DNA from: Ascoidea asiatica JCM 7603
Lineage: Eukaryota > Fungi > Ascomycota
Assembly: GCA_001600695.1 (NCBI GenBank)
Contig: BCKQ01000001.1
Coordinates: 2,028,615-2,092,614, forward strand
Length of the DNA: 64,000 nucleotides
Direction of reading: 5' to 3'
The first letter of the stretch is position 1; each line of letters starts with the position of its first letter. The position numbers and the translations under genes are program-made. Below, piece by piece: positions 45,707 to 56,893 of this stretch. Below the pieces are notes generated by a model. It made no database searches, was not told the DNA's origin, and saw only the letters and a list, made by a program, of their open reading frames with translations.

Positions 45707-47641
45707 TTAATATGTTCTTGGTTCTAAGATTAATTGTCCTAAAGGTTTTGAAGTGTGACCTTTTCCAATTGCAAAAACAGTATTACCTCTAAGAATTGTT
45801 TCAACAACAACACCATATAATTCAAAACCATCATAAGCAGTTAATTTATTTTTAAAATGTAAATTTTTATTTTTTAATTTATATTTAACAGAAGGATCAA
45901 AAATTGCAAAATCAGCATCATAACCAAGTTTTATAAAACCTTTTTTATGACTTAAACCAACTTGTTTTGAAGTATTTTCACAAGTCCATTTTACAATTTC
46001 AGTTAATTTTAATGGTGGATTTAATTTTAAACCTTCAGTATATAAAATTGGTAAACCTAAACCAACTGAAGAAATTCCACCCCAAGCAGCAAAAAAATCA
46101 CCTTTTGATAAACCTTTTAATTTTGGTATACAAGGAGAATGATCTGAAACTACAGAAGTTATAATATTATCTCTTAAAGCTTTCCATAATAATTTTTTAT
46201 TTGATTCAGATCTTATTGGTGGACAACATTTAAAATGAGTTGCAGAATTTGGAATTTTTTCTGAACTTAAAGTTAAATAATGAAAACAAGTTTCAGTTGA
46301 TAATTTTAAACCAGATTTTTTTGCAATTTGAATTAAAGGTATTGCATGATGAGTAGCTAAATGAACAATATGAATTGGTACCGAAGGTTCTTTAGTTGCA
46401 CAATTTATAATTTCTGCAATTGCAGTTGTTTCAAAAGAATCTGGACGAGAAGATAAAAAAGAAATATAAGCAGTTGGATCAATATCTTTTAAAATTGAAT
46501 TTTCTTCAGCAGCATATAATAATGGAGAATTTAATGGAGAACTTAATTTATCAATTAATTTTGGTTCTGCAGCAGCTAAAATTGGAGATGAAGCCAATGC
46601 TTTTTTTTGTTTTTGAGTTAATGAATTATTTTCAATTTCAATATTATTTTCATTATTTTTATTATTTTTATTAATTTGATTAAAATTATCTGAATTTGAT
46701 TTATAATTTGATAAAGTTTCAGTATTATCTTTGATTAAATCCACTACTTTTTCAGGAGCTCTTTTTATAAAAGATGCAGAAACTCCAAGATTTAAACTTT
46801 CTAATTCTTCAGCTAAAGCAAATTCAGTACTTTTAACTGGAGGTACTGAAGAAGAAGAAGAAGAGGAAGGAGAAGGGGATTTAACTTTCTTAAGATCACT
46901 TTCTTCATCATTAAGATCATCATCAAGACTAAAATTTGGAATAGTATTTTCAATTTTCTTTTTAGTATTGGTAGAAGAAGATGAAGATGAAGATGAAGAT
47001 GGAATTGAATTTGAATTTGAATTTGAATTTGAGTGTTGATTTGGTTGCATTTCAGCATGAAACATAATTAAAGTATTTTTATTTTTAACAATTTTTAAAA
47101 CTTTATCAATATAATTTGGAGTAATTGCAGGAAATTCATCAACACCAGAATCTATTAAAAAGCCTTTAAAACCTCTTACACCCATATTAATTAAAGGTAT
47201 TAAATGATTTAAATTTGATGGAATTAAACCACCCCAAAAACCAACATCAATCCAAGTTTTATCCTTTGCAGCATTAATTTTTATATTAAAATTTTCTATA
47301 GTTGTTGTTGGTGGAATTGCATTTAATGGCATATCTATTACAGTTGTTACACCACCAGAAGAAGCAGATTTTGTACCAGATTCAAAACCTTCCCATTCAG
47401 TTCTTCCAGGTTCATTTAAATGAACATGAGAATCAACTAAACCAGGTAAAATTATTAATGGAGATAAATTTCTATAATTTTTTTTATTTATATTATATAA
47501 ATTTAAAATTGGATCATTAATTAATAAAATTTTATTTTTAATTATATTTATAATTTTACCAGAATTTATTGAAAAAATTATTGTTGCTGGAATTATTGAA
47601 TCATCAATAATAACATTTGTTGAAGCTATTGCTTTTGACAT
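45707..47641 (-). CDS. DAL1: Allantoinase
   Basis: LPGLVDSHVHLNEPGRTEWEGF, GGVTTVIDMPLN, FHAE, HIVHLA, ETCFHYL, FKCCPPIR, VSDHSPC, AWGGISS. Confidence 0.96.
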   Translation of the reverse strand: MSKAIASTNVIIDDSIIPATIIFSINSGKIINIIKNKILLINDPILNLYNINKKNYRNLSPLIILPGLVDSHVHLNEPGRTEWEGFESGTKSASSGGVTTVIDMPLNAIPPTTTIENFNIKINAAKDKTWIDVGFWGGLIPSNLNHLIPLINMGVRGFKGFLIDSGVDEFPAITPNYIDKVLKIVKNKNTLIMFHAEMQPNQHSNSNSNSNSIPSSSSSSSSSTNTKKKIENTIPNFSLDDDLNDEESDLKKVKSPSPSSSSSSSVPPVKSTEFALAEELESLNLGVSASFIKRAPEKVVDLIKDNTETLSNYKSNSDNFNQINKNNKNNENNIEIENNSLTQKQKKALASSPILAAAEPKLIDKLSSPLNSPLLYAAEENSILKDIDPTAYISFLSSRPDSFETTAIAEIINCATKEPSVPIHIVHLATHHAIPLIQIAKKSGLKLSTETCFHYLTLSSEKIPNSATHFKCCPPIRSESNKKLLWKALRDNIITSVVSDHSPCIPKLKGLSKGDFFAAWGGISSVGLGLPILYTEGLKLNPPLKLTEIVKWTCENTSKQVGLSHKKGFIKLGYDADFAIFDPSVKYKLKNKNLHFKNKLTAYDGFELYGVVVETILRGNTVFAIGKGHTSKPLGQLILEPRTY

Positions 47642-48603
47642 TTTTTTTTTTTTCTTTTCTTTTTTTTTTTTTTATAAATTTGATTTAAAAAGTAAATTAA
47701 AAAAAGCTATATATATATATATATATTGAAATTGCGAATCAAAAAAAGAATGAATTGAACGAAAGTAAAGTAAAATTATTATATATATTTTTCGGGAGGA
47801 AATTTTAAGAGGAAAATAAAAGAAAGTAAGAATATGAATGAGAATGTGAATGAGAATATGAATGAGAATATGAGTGAGAATATGAATTTAAGTCAAAATA
47901 ATACTTAAGAGGAGTGAACTTCTCCACTGATGCTAAGTTGTATGTTCTATTGGATAAACCAAATGTTAGTGATAGAGTCGATAGTTTGGTAATTGAAGAA
48001 GAAGAAAAAAAAGAAGAGAATAAAAAATATAAAATAAAGATAAAATAAAGATTAAAGATTAAAGGTTTATTTTCGATTTTAATGAAGAAGTGAAGAAGTG
48101 AAATAGATGCAAAGACAAATACCTGTGGTTTCCAGCACTTCAGTTTCTTTTTTGGAGAATAAGTAACTGTTTAACCCGTTAATAATGAAATATGCAACTT
48201 TAAATCCAGATTTAAATCCAGATTCCTCTGTACAGAAAACTGAAAAGAAAAATAGAGATTTCACTGATAAGAGCCCGCAGCGCGTCGCAGAGGAAAGAGG
48301 CAAGGAGGCAAGTAAATGAAATGCACGCATTTTCTGCAAATTGCATGCTGAACTGGATTGGGAAACAATTAAACCGAGACTCGAAACAGCGCAAACCGCG
48401 GAAATAGGTTCAAAAACGCAGCGGGCTGGGCTTCTGGCGCGCTATAGCTGTAAAAGGATGTTTAAAGCTGCTGCACACTGCTAACACGGACCGCCGAGCA
48501 GGCATACAGTCACGAGATCTTATCTTTTTTAAATAAACACCAATTAATATTAATCCAGTTCAATACGGCAGGTCAAAGATTATTACTGTTTATTCTAAAG
48601 TTT

Positions 48604-48676
48604 GGGCGTGTGGCGTAGTTGGTAGCGCGTCTGCTTAGCGTGCAGAAGGTCTCCGGTTCGACTCCGGACTCGTCCA
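48604..48676 (+). tRNA. tRNA-Ala (AGC), with G37
   Basis: G3:U70 acceptor stem, TCTGC-TTAGCGT-GCAGA anticodon arm, GTTCGAC T-loop, followed immediately by a T-tract. Confidence 0.97.
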
Positions 48677-49056
48677 TTTTTTTTTATGTATTGAATACAA
48701 TTCAATTCAATTTTGAATAAAGGTGATTAGGACATGGACAAGGTAAAACTTATTGTAGGACTGTATCAGTCCAGTTGGAGAAAGCTTGCCGAGTCTTCCA
48801 CCAACCAGGAATCAATTTTTTGGAAAGAAGAAGTTGATATTGAATATAAAGATTTTATTCAGTTTATTTTACTTTTAATGAACTATTTTTGTACAATTAA
48901 ATATTCATAATCAATATAATAAAGAAGAAGAGATCAATCTAAGAAGATTAATTGGGTCAATAGGATCAATCATAGGAACTGAAAAATCATTAACATAGAT
49001 CATTCATTATTCAAGATTATATAAGATTATATAAGATAACTTTATAAATTAATGAA

Positions 49057-50574
49057 ATGGATCAACAATATTCTTTATTAACACAAATTTTAGCATTAAT
49101 TTCATTTATTTGGTGTTTAATTGTTTTAATACTTGCATATTTTGGAGTTTATGATATTTTAATAAATTTTAATAAAATTAAAAAAATTCCAAATTTTAAA
49201 GAATCTGATCTTGAAGGTGTATCAATTTTAAGACCTTTAAAAGGTATTGATCCTGAAATTGAATATTGTCTTGAATCTTCTTTTTTACAAAATTATCCAA
49301 TAAATTTATTTGAAATTATATTTTGTGTTGAATCAAATATTGATCCAGTTATACCAATTGTTAAAAAATTAATTAAAAAATATCCAAAAATTAATTCAAC
49401 TTTATTAATAAATGATTTAAATAATAATAATAATAATAATAACTTAAATCATTTTGGTCCAAATCCAAAAATTAATAATTTAGCAAAAGGTTTTCAAAAT
49501 GCAAAATTTGATATTGTTTGGGTTATGGATTCAAATGTTTGGTCAACAAATGGTTGTTTAATAAGATCTGTATTATCTTTAAAAAATTCTTTAGATAATA
49601 ATTCAAAAACAAATTTAAGAAAAGTTAAAATTGTACATCATATACCACTTGCAGTATCTTTTAAATATTTAAATAATATTAATGATTTAGGTTCAAAATG
49701 TGATGAAATGTTTTTAAAAACTTCTCATGCAAAATTTTATGCAGGTTTTAATAAAATTTCAATTGCATCATGTGTTAATGGTAAATCAAATTTATATAGA
49801 ATTTCAGATGTTGATAAAGCTGTAAAAAAAATTGGTAATGGTTTTAAAGCTTCTTTAAATGGTAATTCAGGTAATTTAAAAAATGATGCAGCATTTTTTA
49901 GTTTAAAATCAAAAAATGGTATAAAATATTTTTCAAAATTTATTGGTGAAGATAATATGATTGGAATTTCAATTTGGAATTTAGGTGGTAGAACTGGATT
50001 TTCTGGTGATTGTGTTATTCAACCATTAGGTACATTATCAAATTCAACATTAATATCAATTAAAAATTATATTAAAAGAAGAGCAAGATGGTTAAGAGTT
50101 AGAAAATATATGGTTCTTGCAGCAACTATTGTTGAACCAACTACAGAATCTATAATTAATGGAATTATGTTATCATTTTCAATTTCTATTTTATTTATTA
50201 AAAATGGTAAATTATTTTCATGGAATTTTTTTTTTTTACATATTTTTCTTTGGTTTTTAACAGATTATTATCAATTTCATGTATTATTAAAATATTCTTC
50301 AAATGATGATCCAAATTTTAAAATTAATCAACCATTTTTTGTTAGTCCATATTATAATGGTTTTAATAATAATGATATTATAAATGATGATAATAATAAT
50401 AATTTAATTAAAAAAACACATTATAGAAATTTAAAAGAATGGATTTTAATATGGTTATTAAGAGAATTATTAGCATTACCAATTTGGATATTTGCAATGT
50501 GTGGAACAACAATTGATTGGAGAGGTAGACCATTTAAGATTAAATCAGATTTAACAGCAGAAGAAATTCAATAA
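49057..50574 (+). CDS. GCS1: Ceramide glucosyltransferase (glucosylceramide synthase, GT21; GCS1/HSX11)
   Basis: N-terminal TM, VSILRPLKGID, GPNPKINNL, WVMDSN, IGEDNMI, RRARWLRVRKY, IDWRGRPF. Confidence 0.93.
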   Translation: MDQQYSLLTQILALISFIWCLIVLILAYFGVYDILINFNKIKKIPNFKESDLEGVSILRPLKGIDPEIEYCLESSFLQNYPINLFEIIFCVESNIDPVIPIVKKLIKKYPKINSTLLINDLNNNNNNNNLNHFGPNPKINNLAKGFQNAKFDIVWVMDSNVWSTNGCLIRSVLSLKNSLDNNSKTNLRKVKIVHHIPLAVSFKYLNNINDLGSKCDEMFLKTSHAKFYAGFNKISIASCVNGKSNLYRISDVDKAVKKIGNGFKASLNGNSGNLKNDAAFFSLKSKNGIKYFSKFIGEDNMIGISIWNLGGRTGFSGDCVIQPLGTLSNSTLISIKNYIKRRARWLRVRKYMVLAATIVEPTTESIINGIMLSFSISILFIKNGKLFSWNFFFLHIFLWFLTDYYQFHVLLKYSSNDDPNFKINQPFFVSPYYNGFNNNDIINDDNNNNLIKKTHYRNLKEWILIWLLRELLALPIWIFAMCGTTIDWRGRPFKIKSDLTAEEIQ

Positions 50575-51728
50575 TTATTTTTTCATTTAAATAATGATTT
50601 TTTCATTATCATTCATTTCAATTCATTTCCATTCCTGTTTAAATCATATCAAATCATATTATACATCTATATATATATATATTTTTTTTTTTCAAACTCA
50701 TTTGCTTATTTATTTCTTTTAATTCTTTTGTATAAATTTGTTATTTTAATATATAGAAAAAAATTTAAATTTTCTCATTTTTTTTTGCTTTTTTTCTTTA
50801 TGATTATATAGAATTAATTATTTTTATGTTTCAAAATATATAACTTTAAATGTAAATTAAAGGAATAACCATTTTTATCTTAATCTTTTAAGATTTTTAG
50901 TTAATATATTCAATAAATTAAGTATTATAATCAAAAAGAGATCTTAAAATGAAGACCGGTCACGTGTTTTCTTTTTTTTTCTAATTAAAAAGTAAATTTT
51001 CAAAATTATCAATTACAATATCAGAATTCCAATAAATAAAAAGATATCAAGTTAAGTTGAAAATGTTAAAAGAAAAAGATTTCCTATTCAATAAAAATCA
51101 AAATCAAAACAAAATTCGAATAAAAAATAAATAGATGTATGTAACCTCTACTGATTCCCAATAATTCCTTACAAAAAGTTCATTATCGGGTGCCCAGCAA
51201 TGTGTTTGATTTATTCTACACTACTTCAAAATATTTTAAACGCTATTTATTCAGAGAAAAAGAATAGGAGCGATGGGAAGTGTGATTGATGTTGTAGAAA
51301 AGAAAAGAGAAATGAAAAAAAATTATATTACAAAAGAAGAAGACTTTTCAGTGTTTAAATAGTAATTGAGATCTGAAGAAAAGCAGTGGCTAAAAGCAAC
51401 AGGAAAAACTAACAGGGCAAAGTGTGTTACGTAATCAGCAAAGGACAGAGACCGGATGTGCGGTACTACCACTGCTGCGGGTTCTTGGATCTGTCTTGGA
51501 TCATATGAAAATCAGCTTTTTCTGTCTCTTCACAAGCAATGGTTATCAAAGCTGGGTGGGAACCCCTCCAGGAGAGAAGAAACTGGTATATAATACAAAA
51601 TGATTCTCAATTCCACTTCAAGTTATACATACAACTAAAAAAAATGCTCTTTGATAAACTAATCAATTGTTTATTAATCATTTAAATCTCAATTAAAAAA
51701 GAAGTAAAATAATTAATTATATTCAAAA

Positions 51729-52136
51729 ATGAGTTTAAAAGTTGATGGATTTTCATCTTCAAAATATTTAGAACAAATTAATAATTCAATTTCAAAAAAT
51801 GAAAATAATAAAAAAAATTTAATTAAAAAAACAAATGCAAAATTTTTATTTAATTTAAAAAATAAAAATGGTGATATTAAAAATTGGTTATTAGATTTAA
51901 AAGATTTTGGTAAAATTAATTTAATTAAAAATGAAAATAATGAAGAAATTGAAAATTTAAAATTTGATGCAAAAATTTCAACTTCTGATTTAAATTTTAA
52001 AAAATTATTATTAGGTAAAACTAATGCTCAAAAATTATTTATGACTGGAAAATTAAAAATTAAAGGTAATATGATGAAAGCTGCAAATATTGAAAAAATC
52101 TTACAACAATTTTTACCTCAAATAGCTAAATTATAA
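51729..52136 (+). CDS. POX18: Peroxisomal SCP2 sterol/lipid carrier protein (Pox18/PXP-18)
   Basis: WLLDLK and GKTNAQKLFMTGKLKIKGNMMKA SCP2 signature. C-terminal PTS1 AKL. Confidence 0.9.
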   Translation: MSLKVDGFSSSKYLEQINNSISKNENNKKNLIKKTNAKFLFNLKNKNGDIKNWLLDLKDFGKINLIKNENNEEIENLKFDAKISTSDLNFKKLLLGKTNAQKLFMTGKLKIKGNMMKAANIEKILQQFLPQIAKL

Positions 52137-52752
52137 TCATTTCTACTTATTTCCATCTATATTCAAATGATAATAAATAAATACTGTGAATTCAATTGTA
52201 TAATAATAGTTAATAAAACAAGACCCGTATAACTGGCGACTTTCTCCTTTTTAATTTTTTTTTTATAACCGATTGCCGAATGCCTATTTCAACTCTAGAA
52301 TAATAAACCTTATTTTCTAATATGGCAACTTTTAGCCCTTGATAACTTCAAATAAATCCCGGCGAGAAATTTGAATTGAATTTATTCTCTTTTTTTTATA
52401 TTTTTTATGCTTTCAATTTCCCAATTAGGAAGTGAAATAATCTTCATCATTTCTACCTAAATTTTGATTTCATTTCCATTTTCTTATCCATCCAATACTT
52501 TTAAAGACTCTTAATTTGATTCACTTTTATTTTTAATTCTTATTCAAGTTAAGAATCAATCTTTTGAAGAATGAGTATAAATACTTCTTAATCTCGTTCT
52601 TTCAAGTTTTTTATTACATGTAATTTATAATTTCAAATTCAAAATAATGAATATTTCTTTAATAATTAATTAATCAATTAGACTATAAAATAACAATAAC
52701 AAAAACAAAAATAAAAACAAAAACATATAAAAATAATGAAATAAAGATTAAT

Positions 52753-55700
52753 TTAATTGGTTAAGATTCCTTCTTTAATAAATCTTCTTCTAAGTGATGA
52801 AATATATTCTAAAAATTTTGCAGGATTTGAATCAATACCTCTTGTATAAACATATTGTGATGATAAATGTGTAGCAAAAATTGCTTTTAAATATGCTATT
52901 GGTACTCTTTTTAAAATATTTTCAATTCCAACATCATTTAATAATAATTTTGGAAATGCATCAATTAATGTTGCATTTCTAAATAATGAATCATCTTCCC
53001 ATAATTCTTTACTTGCTGCTAAATCATCTCCTAATTTATTAATTGAAAGTGATAATTCATCTGATAATTCACTAAATGTTTTTCCAGTTTCTAATTTTAA
53101 TTTCCATAACATTTCAAATTCTAATTTAGCATTTTCAATTACAATTTTTTGAATATTTTCAACATATTTTTTATAAAATTCTGATTTTTTACCATTTTCT
53201 TTATTCATACACATTTTTTCAAAAAAATTCTTATCATCAAATGTTAATGATGCTAAAACTTCTAAAGATGATGATGTTACACCACCTTTATTTGTTGAAG
53301 CATCTTTAAATACAATTGCACCTGAATTTTCTAAAATAATTTTTGCAGGTTGTGTAATAAATAAATTTGCACCTTCAATAATATATGGAATTAAACATTT
53401 ATTAGTTTTTTCATCAATTAAATTATTAACATTACTTGCATCAATTGCTGCTGGTCTACCACCACATGGTACAAATAAATCAACTTTACCAAATAATTCA
53501 ATCATTTTTAAATGTGCATTATTTCTTAAAACAATACCATTAGAATATTTTAAACCATTTGGTAAAGTTATATCAATATCATCAATTGAAATAAAAAAAC
53601 CATCTTTACTTAATTTTGTTTTATCAAAATATGATAAATCAAGTCTTTCAGTTGCTAATCTTTCTAATTCTTTTCTATCAATACCATTTGGATCACCAAC
53701 AACTGCAGGACCATCAATTACACCAACATATTTTTCATTTGATAAAAGAATTTCATTTGAACCAAGATCACCAGATGGTCCACCAGTTTGAACTTTTCTA
53801 ATAATTGAAGAATCTTTAATATTTAATTTTTCATAAATTTTATCAATATAAGCTCTAACAGATAATGTTGTCATACCATATTCATCATGTGGTATACCAC
53901 CAATTTCAGGTGATTTACCTGTAAAAAAAGATTTCCACCATGGTGCACCTCTTTCTTTTGCATGTAAAGTTGCCCAATCAACAAAACCTGCAGTATTTTC
54001 ATCTGGTCCCATAAAAATAATTTCTGGAATTTTTAATAAATCAACAATTTTTTCATTATTATTTGGTAATAATAAATCCATTAATGAATCAATATATTTA
54101 GAAAATGAGATTTTTGGTCTTGTTTGTGCTTTACCATAATCTAAAAGAATTACACCTTTAGAACCACCTTCAGGAATATCTTTATTTTTTCTTTGTTGAG
54201 TTGAAGCTAAATTATAATTTTCATCAAATAAATTTCTAATATTAACATTATAAGCATCATCAGATCTTGACATAACAATTCTAATACCACCTCTTGCAAT
54301 ATCTTTAAATCTAATATGAAAACCTCTAAATTCAGAACCAACAACAAAAAATAAACCAAATGGAGTTATTGGATACTCAGATTTTGGTAAAAAATTTGGA
54401 TTTAATCTAAAAGAAATTGCAACTTTTGATTTAAGGAAAAAATTAGTTTTTAAAATACTTTTATTAAAAGTCCATAAAGCTTTTAAAACTAAAATATCAT
54501 GAGGATTTTGAGAACAATATTTATCTAAAATTTTATTAAATTCATCATCATTATAAATTGGTTTAATTTGTTCTAATCTTTTATAAGATAAAGTTTTTTC
54601 AAGACCAGATTGAATATAATGAATTTCAGCAAAATGACGATATAATCTAGCAATAATTTTATAATGTTTTTTAAAAATTTCTTTAATATAAGATTGAGTA
54701 AAAGTTTCAGATCTTAATCTATTTTTTAATTTAAGTAAAATTTCATTTGATTCAATATTAGAATTTAATGATGATGGTGAAGATAATAAATTTTTTATAG
54801 TATTAAATTCAGGACCTAATCTATTTAAAAAATGAGTTACAAATATTACACCACAATGAGCATAAATACATTCTTGTAAAGATAATTGATGTAATTTAAA
54901 ATTTTCAATAAACATATTTTTTGGAATTGAATATAAAAGTGAAGCTTCTTTAATAATTTGATTAATTGCTAAATTTGTATTTGAAATTTTTTCTAAATTT
55001 GAAATTTCATCAATGTTATTATTGTTAATTGAATTATTTTTAATTGTTGAAGGTGGTGAAATATATAAAGATATTATTGTAATATTATTTTTAAATTGTT
55101 CAACATATTTTTTAGTTAAATTTAAATTATAATAAGAACATAAATCAGATAAAGCAGAAGAATAATATAAAGAAGATTTTTGTTTAAAACCAATAATAAT
55201 TCTATAATCTAAAGAATTTTCAATATTATAATTATGAATTACAGGACCTGAAGTTTTTAAAACTTGATTAATTAAATTTTGATAAATTTTTTTTGTATTT
55301 AAAGATACAATTTTATTAAAAGTTTCATCATAAATATCATTTAAAGAATTATTAAATTTACATTTATAAATAAAATTTAAAGTTAATGGATTTTTTAAAG
55401 AAGTTAAAGAATTATTTGTATAAGATTCTAATCTATAAGCTAAATTTTTAGAAGAATCTGAATTATCAAGATAATTTTCATCAATTTTTTTATTAAATAA
55501 ATTATTATTAATATTATTTAAAGTTGAGAAATAAATTGCATGATTTTTATCTTCAAAAGAATGATTAATAATTAAATTATCATTATTATTTGAAAAAGAA
55601 GATAATTTTGAAGAATATAAAGAATGAATATTTGAAATAATTTGATTAATTGATTCATTTTGAAAATATTTATTATCAATATTTAAATTATTATAAAAAA

Positions 55701-55908
55701 AATTAACTTCATTTTCAATTAAATTTTCAGGTATAAAACCAATTTCAAAAATTTTATTCATAACTTTTTCAATTTGAATTAATTTTTCATTATTTTTAAA
55801 TGGAATTGAATTATAATCATTAATTGAATCAGAAGATGAAATTTTTAAAGCACCTATACTTAAATCATTTGGATTTAAAAAAGATTTATCTTTTAAAATT
55901 TCAGTCAT
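52753..55908 (-). CDS. GDH2: NAD-specific glutamate dehydrogenase
   Basis: GFHIRFKDIARGGIR, TQQRKNKDIPEGGSKG, GPDENTA, FFTGK, QTGGPSGDLGSNE, FVPCGG, EGANLF, NKGGVTSSSLEV. Confidence 0.97.
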   Translation of the reverse strand: MTEILKDKSFLNPNDLSIGALKISSSDSINDYNSIPFKNNEKLIQIEKVMNKIFEIGFIPENLIENEVNFFYNNLNIDNKYFQNESINQIISNIHSLYSSKLSSFSNNNDNLIINHSFEDKNHAIYFSTLNNINNNLFNKKIDENYLDNSDSSKNLAYRLESYTNNSLTSLKNPLTLNFIYKCKFNNSLNDIYDETFNKIVSLNTKKIYQNLINQVLKTSGPVIHNYNIENSLDYRIIIGFKQKSSLYYSSALSDLCSYYNLNLTKKYVEQFKNNITIISLYISPPSTIKNNSINNNNIDEISNLEKISNTNLAINQIIKEASLLYSIPKNMFIENFKLHQLSLQECIYAHCGVIFVTHFLNRLGPEFNTIKNLLSSPSSLNSNIESNEILLKLKNRLRSETFTQSYIKEIFKKHYKIIARLYRHFAEIHYIQSGLEKTLSYKRLEQIKPIYNDDEFNKILDKYCSQNPHDILVLKALWTFNKSILKTNFFLKSKVAISFRLNPNFLPKSEYPITPFGLFFVVGSEFRGFHIRFKDIARGGIRIVMSRSDDAYNVNIRNLFDENYNLASTQQRKNKDIPEGGSKGVILLDYGKAQTRPKISFSKYIDSLMDLLLPNNNEKIVDLLKIPEIIFMGPDENTAGFVDWATLHAKERGAPWWKSFFTGKSPEIGGIPHDEYGMTTLSVRAYIDKIYEKLNIKDSSIIRKVQTGGPSGDLGSNEILLSNEKYVGVIDGPAVVGDPNGIDRKELERLATERLDLSYFDKTKLSKDGFFISIDDIDITLPNGLKYSNGIVLRNNAHLKMIELFGKVDLFVPCGGRPAAIDASNVNNLIDEKTNKCLIPYIIEGANLFITQPAKIILENSGAIVFKDASTNKGGVTSSSLEVLASLTFDDKNFFEKMCMNKENGKKSEFYKKYVENIQKIVIENAKLEFEMLWKLKLETGKTFSELSDELSLSINKLGDDLAASKELWEDDSLFRNATLIDAFPKLLLNDVGIENILKRVPIAYLKAIFATHLSSQYVYTRGIDSNPAKFLEYISSLRRRFIKEGILTN

Positions 55909-56536
55909 TTTAGAATAATTTGATATATTATTTGATATATGATATGATATGATATGATATGATATGATATGATATATGATATATGATATATGATATTATT
56001 ATATATAATGATATAATATATGAAATGATATGAAATGATATGAAATGAATTGATGTATTATAGAATAAGAGAATATAATATAATATAAATAAATAAAAGC
56101 AAAGAATAAATTGAAAGAAAAAGAGAATAAAAGAGAAGAAAAAGAGAATAAAAGAGAAGAAAATAGGGATATTTATATGAAATGGATATGATAATAATAT
56201 AAAGAATATTAAATATATTAAGTAAGTAAGTAAGAAAGTAAGTAAGTAAGTAGGTGATTGTTCAATGGAGATAGCTTATTCGTTGATAGTGAATTTTACG
56301 GTATTTTTGAAATTTAAACTCGACTTTTTTTAGTTCGGTTCTAATTCTGGATCCAATTTTGGTTCTTCTTTCGATCTTCTTTCGATATTCTTTCGATCTT
56401 CTTCTTCTTCACAATATCAATTCAATTCAATGCTCACTCTATTCTATTCAATATCTATTCAATATCTATTCAATATCTATTCACTCTGTTGTTAAAGATA
56501 AATAGTAATGATGAATCTTGGAGATGGATGACTGAC

Positions 56537-56893
56537 TGACTCAGCGGCACTGCCCAGAGGAGACTGAGCAGAAACAGACACAAAGAAAGAAACAGGAAAG
56601 AAAGAAGAAAGAGAACTTGAGGATCCTCGAAGTGCTCGAGCTGGAAGGGATTCGAAAACAAACAGAAATGAAAAAAGCGACAGAGGCCAGCCAGACGCAG
56701 CTGCACAGCGGGAGACACTGGCCCACAGTGCTCCGCCGTGTTCGCTAGCAGCTTTTCAAGAACTAGACTGTGGCGCAAACTGGCCTGGTATTTGGGTTTT
56801 TTGGGGTGGGTAGGTGTTCGCTAAGAAGTGCACTGCCATATCTATTTTTGGGACGACCCTGCCATTTAGTTTGTGGGTCCCGTGGTGAGTCAC
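56537..56893. promoter_or_regulatory. Two perfect Gcn4/AP-1 sites in the GDH2 upstream GC island
   Basis: TGACTCA at 56537-56543 and GTGAGTCAC at 56885-56893. Confidence 0.55.

Noticed and set aside
48630-48646. Possible reassigned anticodon (CAG or TAG on an Ala body) in the tRNA-Ala genes
   Set aside because: The 5-bp stem and 7-nt loop place AGC unambiguously at 34-36. It is an ordinary Ala isoacceptor apart from G37.
50959-51130. GTCACGTG followed by about 160 bp of AT-rich DNA, resembling a point centromere (CDEI-CDEII)
   Set aside because: No CDEIII (TTCCGAA) core follows. AT-rich tracts are everywhere here, and gene content points to a lineage outside the Saccharomycetaceae.
45707-55908. 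DAL1 and GDH2 as a nitrogen-catabolism gene cluster
   Set aside because: They are separated by a tRNA and unrelated lipid genes, and no other DAL or urea genes are present.
56507-56568. ATGATGA...CTGA, a possible C/D snoRNA
   Set aside because: Short, with no terminal stem and no rRNA-complementary guide that I could recognise. Better explained as promoter DNA containing a Gcn4 site.
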